Of a DNA stretch of 64,000 nucleotides, positions 51,151 through 64,000 are shown in pieces. The DNA comes from Hypanus sabinus (Eukaryota). Below the pieces are notes generated by a model. That model ran no database searches. It was not told the origin of the DNA and saw only the letters and a list, made by a program, of their open reading frames with translations. Numbering within the stretch: position 1 is the first letter of the stretch; each line of letters begins with the position of its first letter. The position numbers and the translations under genes were made by a program. The DNA is taken from contig NC_082714.1 in NCBI RefSeq assembly GCF_030144855.1, forward strand, positions 93,868,001 through 93,932,000, in the 5' to 3' direction.

Positions 51151-52734
51151 TCAGGTAGTATGAGGCGTGAGCGGAGCAGTGAACACAAGCACGGAGCCGA
51201 GGGGCCGAAGACCCACTGAGCTTTTTCTGTCAGCGACATCTTCCCCTGTAGCCATGTCTGGCTCCAACACGTACCAATTTGGGGAGGAAATAGATCTCGT
51301 TAGTCATATAGAACGTGCTGAGGAGGCAGTGGTTGAGCTCTGTGGGTTTCGATAGCCGCTCAGCATGCCATCCTCTCGGAAAACCTGCGGACTTGGATGT
51401 GGTGGCAGCGCAGAGAACAAACGGATAATGCGGCCCAAAATTTCCCCAGCTCCTCGCACCTTGAATCCTTGAAGCCCCGTTCCCTACAGACGAGGAAACG
51501 CTACGATATGAGATCGACTAATTTCTGCCCAAGATGCCGCAGATAGAAAATCGTCTGCTTAGTGTTGTATTGCTGACTGGATTGTGCTTAATCGTATCCC
51601 CGGAGCAGGTCGATGGGAGTTTGATTAGAAAATTATTTCAAAACATCCCAAGTTCCATAATGTAGCACTCCTTACTCTCTGCAACAATGTTGTGTCCTTC
51701 ACTCAGCACCTCCTAACCCATAGCGTGGCCTCCTCCAATACAACTTAATCCCATTAGTTCAAGGCTGAGAATTAAACTCCCAGAAATGAACGAACTAACT
51801 CCCGTCAAACTGAAGGCTGGTCAGTAGGGCGTGGCGGACATAGTACAACGGAATATGCTCAGGATTAAGAATTATTTTTGGTGATAGGTTTCTCTCTTTT
51901 GTGTTTTCTTTTGGTATTTACAACTGAAGTGTTTCCCAGGAATATCGGGTGCATGTAAGTGATTGTATACAAATATATTTTGGAGTCGGAGATCACATAA
52001 CAGGCCCTACAGCCCACAACGTATATGGTGATCATACAAATCCCATCAACTGTCGTTCTGTTTTTAGGCAGTTGTCCTTTAGCCTTCCCTGCATCACAGA
52101 TTGTAGTTCTTGTCTTGATCTGCTTTGTTTCACGCATTGATGTCAGTGTGTGAAGTAATTCCCTGTACACAGCATATTAAGAAAAGATACCCGTTTCCTT
52201 AGACTTACTTTGGGAACTTGGCGATTGGTTAATAGGTGGGGCAACTTGCCAGTTAACATCTTGGAGACCTGTGTAAATATACAGAACCTGTGCCAGAAGA
52301 TCACTGTGGTTGTCGGATGTCTCATCTCATCTTGGCTTGTTCAGCTCCAGAAGTTCCCTATAGGATTCACAGCAGAGATGGGTCAGCACAAAGAACCGGA
52401 GCGTGAAATGTCTAACGGTAAAACAGGTGCACCCACTCACAAAACAGTATATGCAACAACGGTATCGTTTAAATTGAATTTATTCACTGTTAGGTAAGTA
52501 TAACGAAAGCTAACAAATTGGTGAGTACAGGCCTATAGCCTTTATCAAACTTTCATCATTCATCTGAATTTAGCTATTAGCCTATCGAAGCGAATCTACA
52601 CTTCCTTGTGCAACTGGATCCTGGATTTCCTTCCTTTCCCAGTCAGTACGGATTTGCAGCAGCACCTCTTCCACAATCACCAGCAGCACAAAATTGTTTC
52701 TTGATCCTAAACTGATTGTGTTTTCCTAAAATAA

Positions 52735-53270
52735 ACCACAAGATCATAAGACAGTGGAGCAGAGTCAGGCCATTCTGCCCATCAGTTCAGCTCTACCATT
52801 CCATCATGGTTGATTTATAATCCTGCTCACCCCATTCTCATGTAACAGTTGACGCCCTCACTAATCAATAACCTATCAATCTCTGATCTAAATATACCCA
52901 ATGATTTAGCTTCGCAGACGTCTGTGGCAATGAATTCCACGGATTCACCAGCCTCTGGCTAAAGTAGTTCCTCATCATCTCTGTTCAAAATTGAACATTC
53001 TTCTATTCTGCGTCTGTGCCTCTATTCCTAGACTCCCTCACTATAGGAAGCACACTCTTTATCAACGCTTTATTTCGGCCATTGATAGCTTCCAACGAGA
53101 GCTCTCCCCCATTTCGCTCTTATTATTCTAAGCTGAAGCGAGTGCAGGCCCATAACTGTCAAACACTCCTCATAGTTTAATCTTTCGAACCCAGGCACAT
53201 TTTCGTAAACCTCCTCTGCACGTTCTCCAATGCCAGCACATATTTTCTTAGATAAGGAAAAATAATCGGT
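52735..53270 (-). mobile_element. CR1 3' remnant
   Basis: PGFERLNYEECL and the 3' terminal hairpin region. Confidence 0.75.
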
Positions 53271-53349
53271 AATGCAAAGTAATTCCACAGCTTCTTTTCG
53301 GCACCATAGTAATCTTAAAACAGGATTTCATGTTAATTCCTTTCCTTCT

Positions 53350-53600
53350 TTCATATCCAATGTGGGCGAGACCATTTAGAACAGAATTGGGGAGGAATTC
53401 CTTCAGCCAGAGTGTGGTAAATATGTGGAATTAATTGCCACAGACGTTTGTTGAGGACATGTAATTGCGTATATTTAAAGCGGAGTTTGATTCTTGAATC
53501 GGGTGGGAGTCAAAGAAGATAGGAACATGTGGTTGAATAAAAATGGAATGGCGGAGCTTCCTCATTCTGCTCCTATGTCTCATGGGCAAATAACGCAAAT
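53350..53600 (+). mobile_element. CR1 3' remnant (opposite orientation)
   Basis: GGAATTCCTTCAGCCAGAGTGTGGTAAATATGTGGAATT and terminal GCTCCTATGTCT. Confidence 0.65.
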
Positions 53601-53639
53601 AAGTGCAGCAGCCGCACTAAGCATAGCAAGATCTCACAG

Positions 53640-54340
53640 AGGCACCTCCGAGGTGCTGATTACTGGACAAGTGTAGAGAAGTCGTGCGACAGGATATTCT
53701 GACCCCTCCACCGTTATTACTGGGTACCGCCCCCTACTCCGCTCAATGAACATCAGTAGAGTTGGGGTTTCAGGTGCCATCTTCCCCGGCAGTGCTGTGA
53801 CCCCACCAGCTGCCCTTGGTGCTGGCTTAGTGACAGCGGAGTGCCTAGGATGGCCTTCGGAACACCGTCTGACTGCACGGCTCTCCCACATCACACCCCT
53901 TTCTAAAAGTCGTTCCCCCTCTGGCAGTGTGTAGCGCTGTGCTGATTTCTCTTCACTTAGAGAGGACGTTGTCCCGTCCACCCGCTGCCCCTTCCCCCAA
54001 TCCCAGCAGCAAATGAACCACTTTCTAAACAGTGGTGCAAAGAAGGCTCGGTACTCATTTGGCCCCTTTAGGGTAATAGACTGCCACAATAATTGACGGG
54101 CTTTCTCTCGCAAACCTACCCCTCACTCCGCAGTGGCTAAATAACCTTACACTGTGGTCCTCCCATTCCGAGCCCCGTGGTGCCTGCTCCAATCTTCAGC
54201 GCGTCTCTCAGTTTCTAATGCTGCAGCTTGGAATGTACCAGTTCTGTATCCCTGATTTGTCGGGACTGCGTTAAGTTCATGGAGTCAAGCGAACACCAAC
54301 GGTACCCCCTTGGTTTTGAGGAGACAGTCTAGATGAAACG
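53640..54340 (-). mobile_element. Possible Gypsy gag zinc-knuckle/protease relic
   Basis: The 159-aa minus ORF has a decayed CCHC-like CWDWGKGQ and ITVEGSEYPVARLLYTCPVIS, resembling VEG..LLDTG.PV aspartic protease motifs. The catalytic DTG is not intact. Confidence 0.35.
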
Positions 54341-54347
54341 AGAATAG

Positions 54348-54490
54348 NNNNNNNNNNNNNNNNNNNNNNNNNNNNNNNNNNNNNNNNNNNNNNNNNNNNN
54401 NNNNNNNNNNNNNNNNNNNNNNNNNNNNNNNNNNNNNNNNNNNNNNNNNNNNNNNNNNNNNNNNNNNNNNNNNNNNNNNNNNNNNNNNNN
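54348..54490. other. Assembly gap
   Basis: Run of N. Confidence 1.
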
Positions 54491-55169
54491 TCTTTCACTC
54501 GTCGCCTTCTGAAAGAAGGCTGATTGGAGGAAATGTAAAGGCGGGGCTCCTTGTTTTTCTCGGAGCTTCCGCTGTAGGAGGCAGTTGCTTAAAGGGGCAA
54601 TATCCCTCCTCCATCCCAGCCGGTGCACACTGTAATGTTGACTCCCGCGGTTTCAGGTGACAACAAGTACCTCAATAAAGTTCTGTTCGCCATAATTTTA
54701 AATCGTCTCTCCATTCTGTCTGAATCAATGCCCAATTCAACGATACCGTGTTACCATTTCGACGTCTCTCCTTCCAAAGTAAGGGACAGAGTCCTCCTTT
54801 AGCTGTTCCCTCACACTTGGCAGATGGACTATCGCAATGAGACAAGAAACGACTACAATCGCTCAGCAGGCTCCCCACCAAGTCATTGAAGAATGATTCA
54901 AGGCAATTTTTTAAAGGAACTGGCGGATCTGAGCTATTCAGATATTATCCCAGGAGGGAAGTAGACAGTGAACATTTCGTGTTGCGACACTTTATCTGTG
55001 TTTCGAATGAAAATAAGTTGTCCCCGAAATATACTGCCCCAAGTTTCCCACATGAACATGATAGCATTGAACTTAATATTAAATATTATTATTCAAATAT
55101 TATTCAAATATTAGCATTCTTATTGGTTTATTATTCTTATATGCATCAAGATACTGTGAAAAGCCTGTC

Positions 55170-55800
55170 TTGCGTACTGTGTAGACTGATCAAATCATTA
55201 CATAATACCTTAAGGTGACACAACGTTAAATAATAACATTGTAGAATACGGTGTAACAGTTACAGAGAAATGCAGTCCGGTAAACATTGAAGTGCAAATC
55301 ATAACGAGGTAGAATCCAAATTCAGGAGTGCATCCATAACAGTGTCTCATAACTGTGGATAGAAGCTGCCCTTGGGTCTGTTGGTACGAGCTTTCATGGT
55401 TTTTATAACTTCTGCCTGTTGGGAAAGCTAAGAAGAGAGAATGTTCGGGTTGTGTGGGGTCACTGATTATGCTTTGCTGAGGCTATTTTCCATGATATGC
55501 TAAGCTGTGTCCTCAGTTCACTGCAGTTTCTTATGGCTATGGTTATGGAGTTCGCCGTTGACCCGTTTCGACGATAGGTCAATTGCAGTGAGTGGAGATT
55601 GTCTTGTAATCTAGAGTTGATCATGATCAGGCTGTAGAATACCTTCCTGGTGTCAGATGTCAAACCTACAGTGCGGTAGTCATTAAAGCACGCCAGTGTG
55701 GTCAACTTAAAGCAAGAGGGAAGTACAGTTTGATGCAGGTGTACGTTAAATATCCCTGTCAGTTGAACGAGAAAGTGCTTAATAGATGCTGCATAGACTT
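55170..55800 (-). mobile_element. Rex1/Babar-type RT fragment
   Basis: LACFNDYRTVGLTS..LQLTYRRNGSTANSI resembles Rex1 CLNDYRPVALTS..LQFAYR.NRST. Confidence 0.75.
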
Positions 55801-55849
55801 GAGGAGAGTTTGTGCAGACTCGGGCTATTTTCTGGAACGGTTTAGATTG

Positions 55850-56200
55850 AAGAGTTTAGATTGAACGGTTTAGATTAATCGAGGTATATAAGATCAGGAG
55901 ATGAATCAACAAGGTGAAAACATATAGGCTTTTTTTTCAGATAGCGCAAAAAAGGGGGAGGTTTAATATCAGAAGCGAGAGATTTAAATCGAAATTCAGG
56001 AGCAGCTTTTCACGCAAAGGGTGGTGCGTATTTGGAAGAAGCTGCCAGAAATAGCGATCGATGCGCGTAAATTAACATCTATCAAAGCAGGATAGGAGAG
56101 TTTTAGCGGTCTATGCGTCAAACGCGGGAAGATGGGAGGAGCTCGCTGGGAACACAGTGGATATGGAGTAATTGAGACAAAAGGCCTGTTTCCGCGCTGT
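55850..56200 (+). mobile_element. CR1 3' remnant
   Basis: TTTTCACGCAAAGGGTGGTGCGTATTTGGAA and terminal AGGCCTGTTTCCGCGCTGTATGAC. Confidence 0.7.
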
Positions 56201-56524
56201 ATGACATCACAACGGCTTCCGAAAAAGACTCGGAATTTGGCTGTGGAGACCGAGTCCAAGTTACCAAAGATTCAAAACAGGGAACAAAAGTGATTTGTGC
56301 AGGAGGCTGTTGTGCTCAGAAACTAAAGACCAAACGCTCTGGAAGATTTTCTGTAAGCAGTACATTAAAGAATACAACACGGGAACATGCCCTTCGGCCT
56401 ACAATATATTCGTCGAACACAATGGCAAACTAAACTAATTCTCGACTGCCTGAACGTGATTCATGTACTGTAATTTTCATGTTTTGTCGAACAGACTCTT
56501 AAGGGCCACTGTCATAAGCACCAA

Positions 56525-56690
56525 TGGTTCTGCAGATGCTGGAAATCCAGAGTACCACACACACAACGCTGGACGAAGTCAGCAGGCCAGGCACCATTTG
56601 TGGAATGAAATAATTAAACGTTGATTGATTATTCTCATCCATAGATGCTACCCGACCTTCTGAAATTCTCCAGAATTGTGTGTGTGTTAT
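56525..56690. repeat. Palindromic repeat family copy, centre deleted
   Basis: CTGCAGATGCTGGAAATCCAGAG..ACAACGCTGGACGAAGTCAGCAGG plus right arm ATAGATGCTACCCGACC..TCTCCAG. Confidence 0.7.
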
Positions 56691-56699
56691 TCGTAAGCG

Positions 56700-57300
56700 C
56701 CACTATCATATCTGCTTCTAATATCTCCTTCGACAGCCCGTACAAGGCGCCCATCAGTCTATGTGTAAACAACCTACCCTACATATCTCATTTAAACTTC
56801 CTCCATCTCATCTTAAATCCTCTAGCATTAGGCATTGCCACTCTGCGTCCTATCAGGTCTCGGCCTCTCACAATTTTTCAAGTTTTAAACAGGTCGCCTT
56901 TCACCCTCAGACTCTGCTGAGAAAACAAATAAAATATCCACCCTCTCCATATGGCTCATGCCGACTAATTCAGGCAGAATCCTGACAAACTTTCTCCGCA
57001 CCCTTCCCAAAGTTTCCGCATCCTACCTGTAATGGGGTGACCAGAACTGCAAACAATACATTAAGCAGCTTAAACAAACTTTAATACATCTGCAACATAT
57101 CACCCGACTCATATTCTCAATGCTCCGACCAATAAAAGGACGAATTACATTTGCATTATTTACCACCTTATCTATAAGTGTGGCTACTTTCAAAGAGTTA
57201 AGGACTTCAAAACCAAGATCCCTCTGTACAGTTAAGATTTTAAATGTCCTAACGTAAGCGGTATAGTTTCCCCTTATATTTGACCACTTCTTTACCTGCA
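56700..57300 (-). mobile_element. CR1 3' fragment
   Basis: VQRDLG, LQFWSPHYR on the minus strand. Confidence 0.75.
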
Positions 57301-57349
57301 GAGTAAAACCACACATATCTGCTCGGAAAAAAAAGAATCAATCCCCAAC

Positions 57350-57495
57350 ACAAGAGATTTTGCAGATGCTGAACACACACATAAAATGATGGAGGAATTC
57401 AGCATACACATATCAGCTGCTGGAGGAACACAGTAGCCAGGCACATCCATGGAAAGGAGTACAGTCGCCGTTTAGTGCCGAGGCCCTTCGGCCGG
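57350..57495. repeat. Palindromic repeat family, left arm
   Basis: TGCAGATGCTG..GATGGAGGAATTCAGCA..ATGGAAAGGAGTACAGTCGCCGTTT. Confidence 0.65.
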
Positions 57496-58139
57496 GTTCT
57501 GCATATGTCTCTATGTGTGCATATGATGAGCTTTTCGACCAAAATAACAGTTCCAATTAGCGCAATCCTACACTGAATATAATTGGTTTATAATTGTACC
57601 GATGAAAAAAATTATCTTTTTCTGCGTCTCATTTTTACAGATCATTTTATCACATCAGCACAACTCTTATTGATCACTGGCTACTCCCTCCGTTCCTTCC
57701 TCCGCCTACAATTCTCATTAACACCTCAAACCCTCCTCTTATCCTTGTACCAAGCTTTTGTTTAACTTCAATTTTTATGTAACTGTCCAGAAGGAATCCT
57801 GAGAGGCAGGGAGCCGCGGTACCCACTGAGCCGTCTGCAGGCGAAAAGTTAAACTGACCAGTGTCTATCCTTTGCAACTGCAGTGAAAACAAGAGAAAGT
57901 GACCTATCAAGAACAGTCACCATTATATAACCGATTAGTGGAAGCTTTCTGTGTACATATTGGTCGGTGCCTTTTCAACGTTGAAACATTGATTACAAAA
58001 ACACTCCGTTGTGTTGGTAAAGGCGCGCAGAAGGCGTGCAACATGATGGAAGAGTGTGTTCGCCATTGATAAAACTCGTTGGGAAGGCAGTTCATAAGGT
58101 CTCTTCGAATGGCTTTTCCTGACTTTCCTTCCTCAATGC

Positions 58140-58790
58140 TTCGCTTTTCAAACCAGAAGAAACAGCAGCATGATTAGGCCATTCGGCCCAGAAACTTACG
58201 CCATTCCATCATGGCTGACTTACATTCCTTCTGAAACCCATGTTTCTGCCTTCTCACCTTAACTTCTGGAACCCTTCCGAGTTAACAACCCATAAATCTT
58301 CTCTTTAAGTATACCCAATGAATCGGTTTCTACAGCTGCCTGCGGCAATGGATTCCAAAGATTCACCACCCTCTAGCTAAAGAAATTCCGCATCATTTCT
58401 GATCTAAAGGGACATCGCTCTATTCTGAGGCTGCGAACTCTGGTCGTAGCCTACCCCATCCTTAGAAACATCCTCTCTATTTAGACCTTACAATACTCGA
58501 CAGGTTTCCATGAGATCCCCCCCACCCCCGATTTTTCTAAACTCCAGCGAGAATACAGGCCCATATCTATCATCGCTCATCAGACATTAACTCATTCATT
58601 CGTGGAATCATTCTCGTGAACCTCCTCCGGATCATCTCCAACCCCTGCACATTCTTTCGTAGATATGGGCGCTCAGATCTTCTCACAGTACTCCAGGTGA
58701 TGTTTGATCAATGCGTTACAAAGCCTCAGTATTGCATCCTTGTTTTTATATTTTAATTGATGGCCACTAGCTTCGGCGTCCGCTGCCTCT
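58140..58790 (-). mobile_element. CR1 3' fragment
   Basis: YKNKDAILRLCNALIKHHLEYC on the minus strand and the terminal CR1 3' sequence. Confidence 0.75.
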
Positions 58791-60389
58791 CGCCTGGTTC
58801 CAAAATAAGCATCGGCACCTGAAAACATCTGCACACCCACCCTATTGAACACCTTCAAATTTAAAATTAACCCCAATGAATTCGCCGCCAACACAATCCA
58901 CTCATTTTAATTCTCCGGAGAAAGATTTCCTGGTATAATTAGGACTGCTGATAAATTTAAATGAGACTTCTGCCCACGCTCTCAGACCCTAGGTTCAGCA
59001 CTGTGTAAAATACTCGAAGTGTGATCTGACCAACGCTAATAGCCGTGTATTTTTATGTGTTTACAAACTATCATCTATGTGTTCCTGGCTCCGAGTAAAC
59101 AGGAAACCCGCAGCGCGCCTCTACCTGTTTCCAATACAACCAAACATTTATTAATAAGCATTGTGTTTGATTTTCATCAATTAAATATTATCTCACCCCT
59201 CTCTTGCATCGACCTTACAAAGCGCTAAATACGCGACTGTGATTAACACCCAGAGTTTAACTCGATCACGAACAATGAGATGCTTGGCGATCTTTCAGCT
59301 CTCTCACCTACTGCAAGTTTTGCTATCCGAATGTCATGCGGAAGAGTTTCGGCAGCTAATTCATTAGTAACTACGCAATGTAGTAACTTTAACCAGGTAA
59401 ATCATGAATTCCCGAACTTATTCAACTTAGGAGGTAAGTGATACAGTCTTACGGTGTTCTGTTCAGTTCACAGGTTAATTAATGTGAGATATTTGTAATC
59501 CAAAGGCAAATGTTGTGAGAAGGCAATGACGTCGATATTCCACAGATTCCACAGATTCCACAACAGCAATACAAGATAACAACAGCAGGAGGTTTTATAT
59601 CCGAAGTTGTTCCAATCCACACACCAAGTATCACCGATAGCGATCTTCCATGAATTCAGCTATAGGACATCTCAAGGCGGTGGCCAAAGGATTCTCAAAC
59701 AGAATCGACGAATGGATTATCAGCAACAGTAGCTTATCATAAAGAGCACAATCTTCAAGGGAACCACGACCCAAGCAAGGGTGGATTCACCGGTAGATTT
59801 CGCAATGTTACCCCAGTCACATAACACGTGATAGTCAATTAGCCAGTTCCACAACATGCGAAATAACTCCAACAGTGACTTGCAACCAGGGTATCTTCTT
59901 CAGTGAACTACCACACACAGACAAAAGGGTAAACAACTACATGATATTCACAAAGGTTTTCCTCTCATCAAAGGACCCACTCCTGTCGATTAACTATGTG
60001 ACAATCACTCTTTCGTATTCGAATGAAAACAACCTCAGCCTTACAGGCTACTTAGAGAGAGAGTCGAAAGACTATCCTGATGATTTATTCTTTTCCTTTC
60101 GCAGTTGTTAACCCTTAAGACGTTTGCACCCAAACGCCGTCGGTACGGGTTATTTCTAGTGGAAGTACCTTTAAGGTGCATTGCCTGCCGTACATGGCTT
60201 ATCAGGGGCGTCAGCAGTGCTATACCAAAAAAGACTTCTCGCAGGTCGGCGGCAATTATTATAAAAGGAAGCTTCGAGAGCCTTTGTCCATTGTATTTGG
60301 CCTGTCAGCGGGTACAACCGGAGCACCAGTCGTTGAATTAGATGGCAGGGAAGGTTCATGAATAAAACGAAGACACGGCCTAGCAGAGC

Positions 60390-61270
60390 GGTCATCTACA
60401 GAGTGATCAGAGGCAGAATGGTAGGCCATTGGCTCATTCGGGCTTCAGCGATAACGGGTCGAGGCGAGGTAGGTTACCTTTTGAGGAATAGAAACAGGAA
60501 GAATGTCTGTATGCGCAGTCAGATTTGCGATGGCTGGGAAACTCCCAGCCTCCCGACTGCCACGTCTACACCAGGTGCGTCGAGGAGCAGCTTCTGAGGG
60601 AACTGGAGATAAAGCGCGATGACCTTCGTCTGGTCCGGAAAAGTGAGGAAGTGATAGAAATGAGCACTCGGCAAGAAGTCACACCGGGGCCTTGGGAGAC
60701 AGATAAGTGGGTAACAGTCAGGAGAGGGAAGGGCAAGAGTCAGATAGCATAGTTACCCTTGTGGCCGTACCCCTTAACAATAAGTACTCCTGTTGGAGTA
60801 CTGTTGGGGTAGATGGACTACCTGTAGTCAGCAACAGTGGCCGCGACTCTGGCACAGTCTGGCCCTATGCTTCACAATGCTAGGGAACGGAAGAAGGCAG
60901 CCGTAATAGGGGACCCCACATTTAGGGGGTCAGACAGGCGATTCTGTGGACGCAGCAAAAAAGAAAAACGGAAGGTAGTTTGCCTCCCAGGTGCCATGGT
61001 CTGGGATGATCACAGGATTACTGTCGGTGCCACGCGACAGTGAGTATAGGAATAAACTGAGCTGGAGTATAAATGCGTGGCTGAAGGTTTGGAGCAGGGT
61101 GAAGCGATTCAAAATTTTAGATCATTAGGACCTCGTTACGGGCAGGCATGACATGTACAAAAAGGACGGGTTGCACTTGAATCCGAGCGGTTCTAATATC
61201 CTGGTAGGAATATTTGCTCAGCCTACTGGGGAGAGTTTAAACTCGAATTACTGGGGGTTGGGAACCGTAA
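60390..61270 (+). mobile_element. CR1 5' end and ORF1 (zinc-finger-like N-terminus plus SGNH esterase), frameshifted
   Basis: CDGWETPSLP..CTRCVE.QLL, DDLRLVR, KWVTVRRGKG, AVIGD..RGSDRRFCG, VVCLPGA, DGLHLNP; ends AGTTTAAACT. Confidence 0.85.
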
Positions 61271-61560
61271 CCCTTAACTCCTTGCTTGACAAGGAGAAAC
61301 TCTGAGGTACGGAGATGGAGGGGAGCCCCTCAACGAACAGCGACGAAGTGAGAGAATGGGCGAGGGGACGGAGGGTATTTGAAGCCACCATTGTCAATGA
61401 ATCCACGGTATTGGTCTCCAATTGAAATGATGGGGACTTCCTCTACTTAAGAAGGCACAGAGTCAAATGTTTACACAATGTAAACACATTAGGGAAGAAA
61501 GACAATGAAATCCGTTTGATTACAGTCAGTCGATGAATGCTTTAGATCTAAAAGTAATGG

Positions 61561-63634
61561 GTTCCGGTGACGTCACTTTCAGAATAGCAGTTGTCAATAG
61601 TTCCTCCAGAAAAACGCATATTTTGCCCCGTTAATCCATCAAATACAAGATCTTTCGAAAATATCTGAATTGATAAAGGGGGCAAGAATGGGGTAAAAGA
61701 ATGGAGATTAAAAAATTGAGATTAAAATATGCGGAGCATATGGACAAGATGGGTGCAGAGAGCGGCTCTCCTTCCCAAACGCGTGGTAGCTAGGCTAACG
61801 ATGGGCCTCGTTCAGGCGAAGCTGCAAATATGATCAAAATTTTGGCAGAGATACTGGAGTTCCAAAAAGATATAAGCCAGCAAGTAAATGGTATCAAGTC
61901 AGAGCTCGTCAACGTCAATCAAAATATAAAGGAGGCAGGGACACGAATTGAGAAGGTAGAAGATCGCGTTCAAAACGTGGAGCAGATACTAACTAAGACG
62001 ATAAAATATTAAATCAACAATAAAGTAATCTGGTTGACCTGGAGGGAAGATCATGGCGGAAAAATATCAGGATATACAATGTTCTCGAAGGAGCGCAGGG
62101 TTTATCTATGCGCTGGAGCTTCCCTCGGTTATGGATCTTGAAATTGAGAGGGCGCATCATGCGCCCACCCCGCGACCTACTGGAGACAGAGAAGATTAGC
62201 CACGTTCAATAGTTATTAGATTTCTTCGATACAATATTAAGGCGGAGATTCTACGAATGGACTGGGGTAAGAAGAGGGTGTTTTTGGACGGTGAATTAAT
62301 ATATTTCGATCAAGGTTACCCCCCGGCTGTCCCACAGAGACGTAAATTACACTCTGAAGTAAAGGAAATTTTAAAGCAAAGAAAGATAAGATTTCAAACT
62401 CCATACTTTGATAAATTGCTGGTGTTTAATGACGATGTGATCCGTCTTTATCAGACAGCGAAGGAGGCGACTACAGACAGGAAGGCCAGAGGGTTGTCCG
62501 TCAGTGTGATCAAACCGAGAGAAAGCCTGTCTGAGCAGATATCCCCGTCTGCTTGGGAAATATTGCGAGAATCGACCAAGCTGAGGACGGGAGGAGGACG
62601 GGAGAGAAATATATCAGGAAGAGACTGCGTTTTCCGAAGACAGCCCTCACCCCCTCCCGAAGAGCCATAAAGTTTGGCGAACTTTCAAAGTGTTGAGAAG
62701 CTAAATGGAATCAAAAATAGACAGTGACATCCCTAACTCGAGAAATACTTATTATAATGTGGAGTTTATATTACTCAATTATTCTTTTTTATTTATTCAT
62801 TCATTTTCCCCACCTAAATGAGAATATGTAGGAAAACACAGGGGAAGCTTTTCTGTGTAATGAATATAGATTTGTTTACCTACTTTTATGGGTACTGGAA
62901 TGGGGGCACTCATCTCACAGGTAGGAGGGGTTATTCCCCACAGATAGGAGGGGCTATTCCCCACAGATAGACTTTTCCTCTAGCTCAACCCAGGCTCTTC
63001 TAATAGAGACATCAGTCTTGGAATCACACTTTCATTGACTTTTTTGATTATTATTCGCGTTTCTTGGTTCTTAATTGTTCAGTGAGTAGATCGATTGATA
63101 TTTATTCTGCTAATTTCAATGAGATCTTGACAGATAAATACACGTGACTAAGGACAAAGTAAAATTAATTTCGTTTAACGTCAATGCGCTGTTAAATCCA
63201 ATCAAACTTAGTAGAATTCTATCCCAAATGATAAAAGTAAATACCCATGTAGTATATTTACAGGAAGCTTACTTAAGTGACAGTCAACTGCAGTGAATAG
63301 GTTTCACTGATATGTTTTTCCCCTCATATAAATCAGGACATAACAGAAAAGTTGCTGTTCTTATCTCAAGTAAGCTTAATTTTGAAAAAAAAAATATTCG
63401 AGATTGTGGGGGGGGGGGGTGGGAAGATAGACAGAAATTCAGTTACTCTATTGAATATATACTCACCCCCAGGAAGTGATATTGGTTTCTTTCAGAAAAT
63501 CACTAATGCTATGGTAATGGAAACAGAAGGTCTCCTGATATGTTGGGGAAACTGAAATTTACGTTACAACCAAAGCTAGAGACTTCCAGTAGAAAAACAT
63601 ATAAAACAAGATCCTTACAGAAGAAAGTTAATAC
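61561..63634 (+). mobile_element. L1-clade LINE (copy F): 5' end, ORF1, spacer and start of EN; cut by the next element
   Basis: GTTCCGGTGACGTCA start, ORFs MIKILAEILEFQKD and WGKKRVFLDGELIYFDQ..KIRFQTPY, ORF2 start mutated to GTG at 63144. Confidence 0.9.
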
Positions 63635-64000
63635 TGTTAAGGATACGGCCTGAACACTGGGTCAAAGGGACGCTGCTGATAGCTCTGGACTATGACAGCC
63701 CTTAAATTCTATTTTCTTTCACTTGGCCATATGGGCTTTAAACCAGCCCCTTCCCTAATTGGACTCTCGCCAATTACCTACTTATCTCCTCAATAGCACA
63801 CACCTGTTTCTGTTCTTGCTCATTACCCGGTCCATTTAAACCCTGCCTCAACTCACACTCTCTGCCTATTCGTCCCAGTCTTGAACTGAATCATTCTAGC
63901 TTGCTATAGTGACCACTGCCAACGGAAACTGTTGAATTCTGCCTGTTTGGAACCTGATTCCTGCTGTTACGTTTTCTGAAGCAATAAATATATTAGTGAG
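63635..64000 (+). mobile_element. Probable LTR inserted into L1 copy F, running off the window
   Basis: L1 homology stops abruptly at TGTTAAGG; TATA-like CATTTAAA near 63835 and AATAAA at 63983-63988. Confidence 0.55.

Noticed and set aside
57640-58070. Possible Ig heavy-chain constant remnant after an acceptor at ~57640
   Set aside because: No correctly spaced Cys/Trp pattern in any frame; multiple stops.
1-64000. CRISPR arrays, rRNA, tRNA, prokaryotic operons
   Set aside because: None seen; the sequence is vertebrate genomic DNA and the recurring direct repeats belong to LINE/LTR copies.

Overview
Eukaryotic, transposon-dominated draft-assembly window with five N gaps; most likely a cartilaginous fish (shark/ray), inferred from the repeat families and the Ig gene type. 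No rRNA, tRNA or CRISPR seen. The only recognisable host gene is one immunoglobulin light-chain cluster on the + strand (25981-29258): leader exon, a V and J already fused in the genomic DNA with no RSS (DSAVYYCAAWDSGYIFGPGTILDIK), and one C exon with a poly(A) signal. It resembles the elasmobranch sigma-cart (NS5/type I) isotype. It is a pseudogene: two nonsense codons in V, a frameshifting FR3 deletion collapsed onto GGGATTCC, and a frameshifting telomeric TTAGGGTTAGGGTT insertion at the start of the otherwise intact C exon. A 900-bp solo LTR with an exact 6-bp TSD lies in the J-C intron. The rest is nested L1-clade LINEs (one full-length copy carrying two antisense L1 insertions), many CR1 fragments, Rex1 relics, LTR relics including a ~930-bp two-LTR mini-element, palindromic repeats with a decayed hammerhead-like core, microsatellites and a few unassigned single-copy islands. 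TE boundaries were set by eye and are approximate unless a TSD is quoted.
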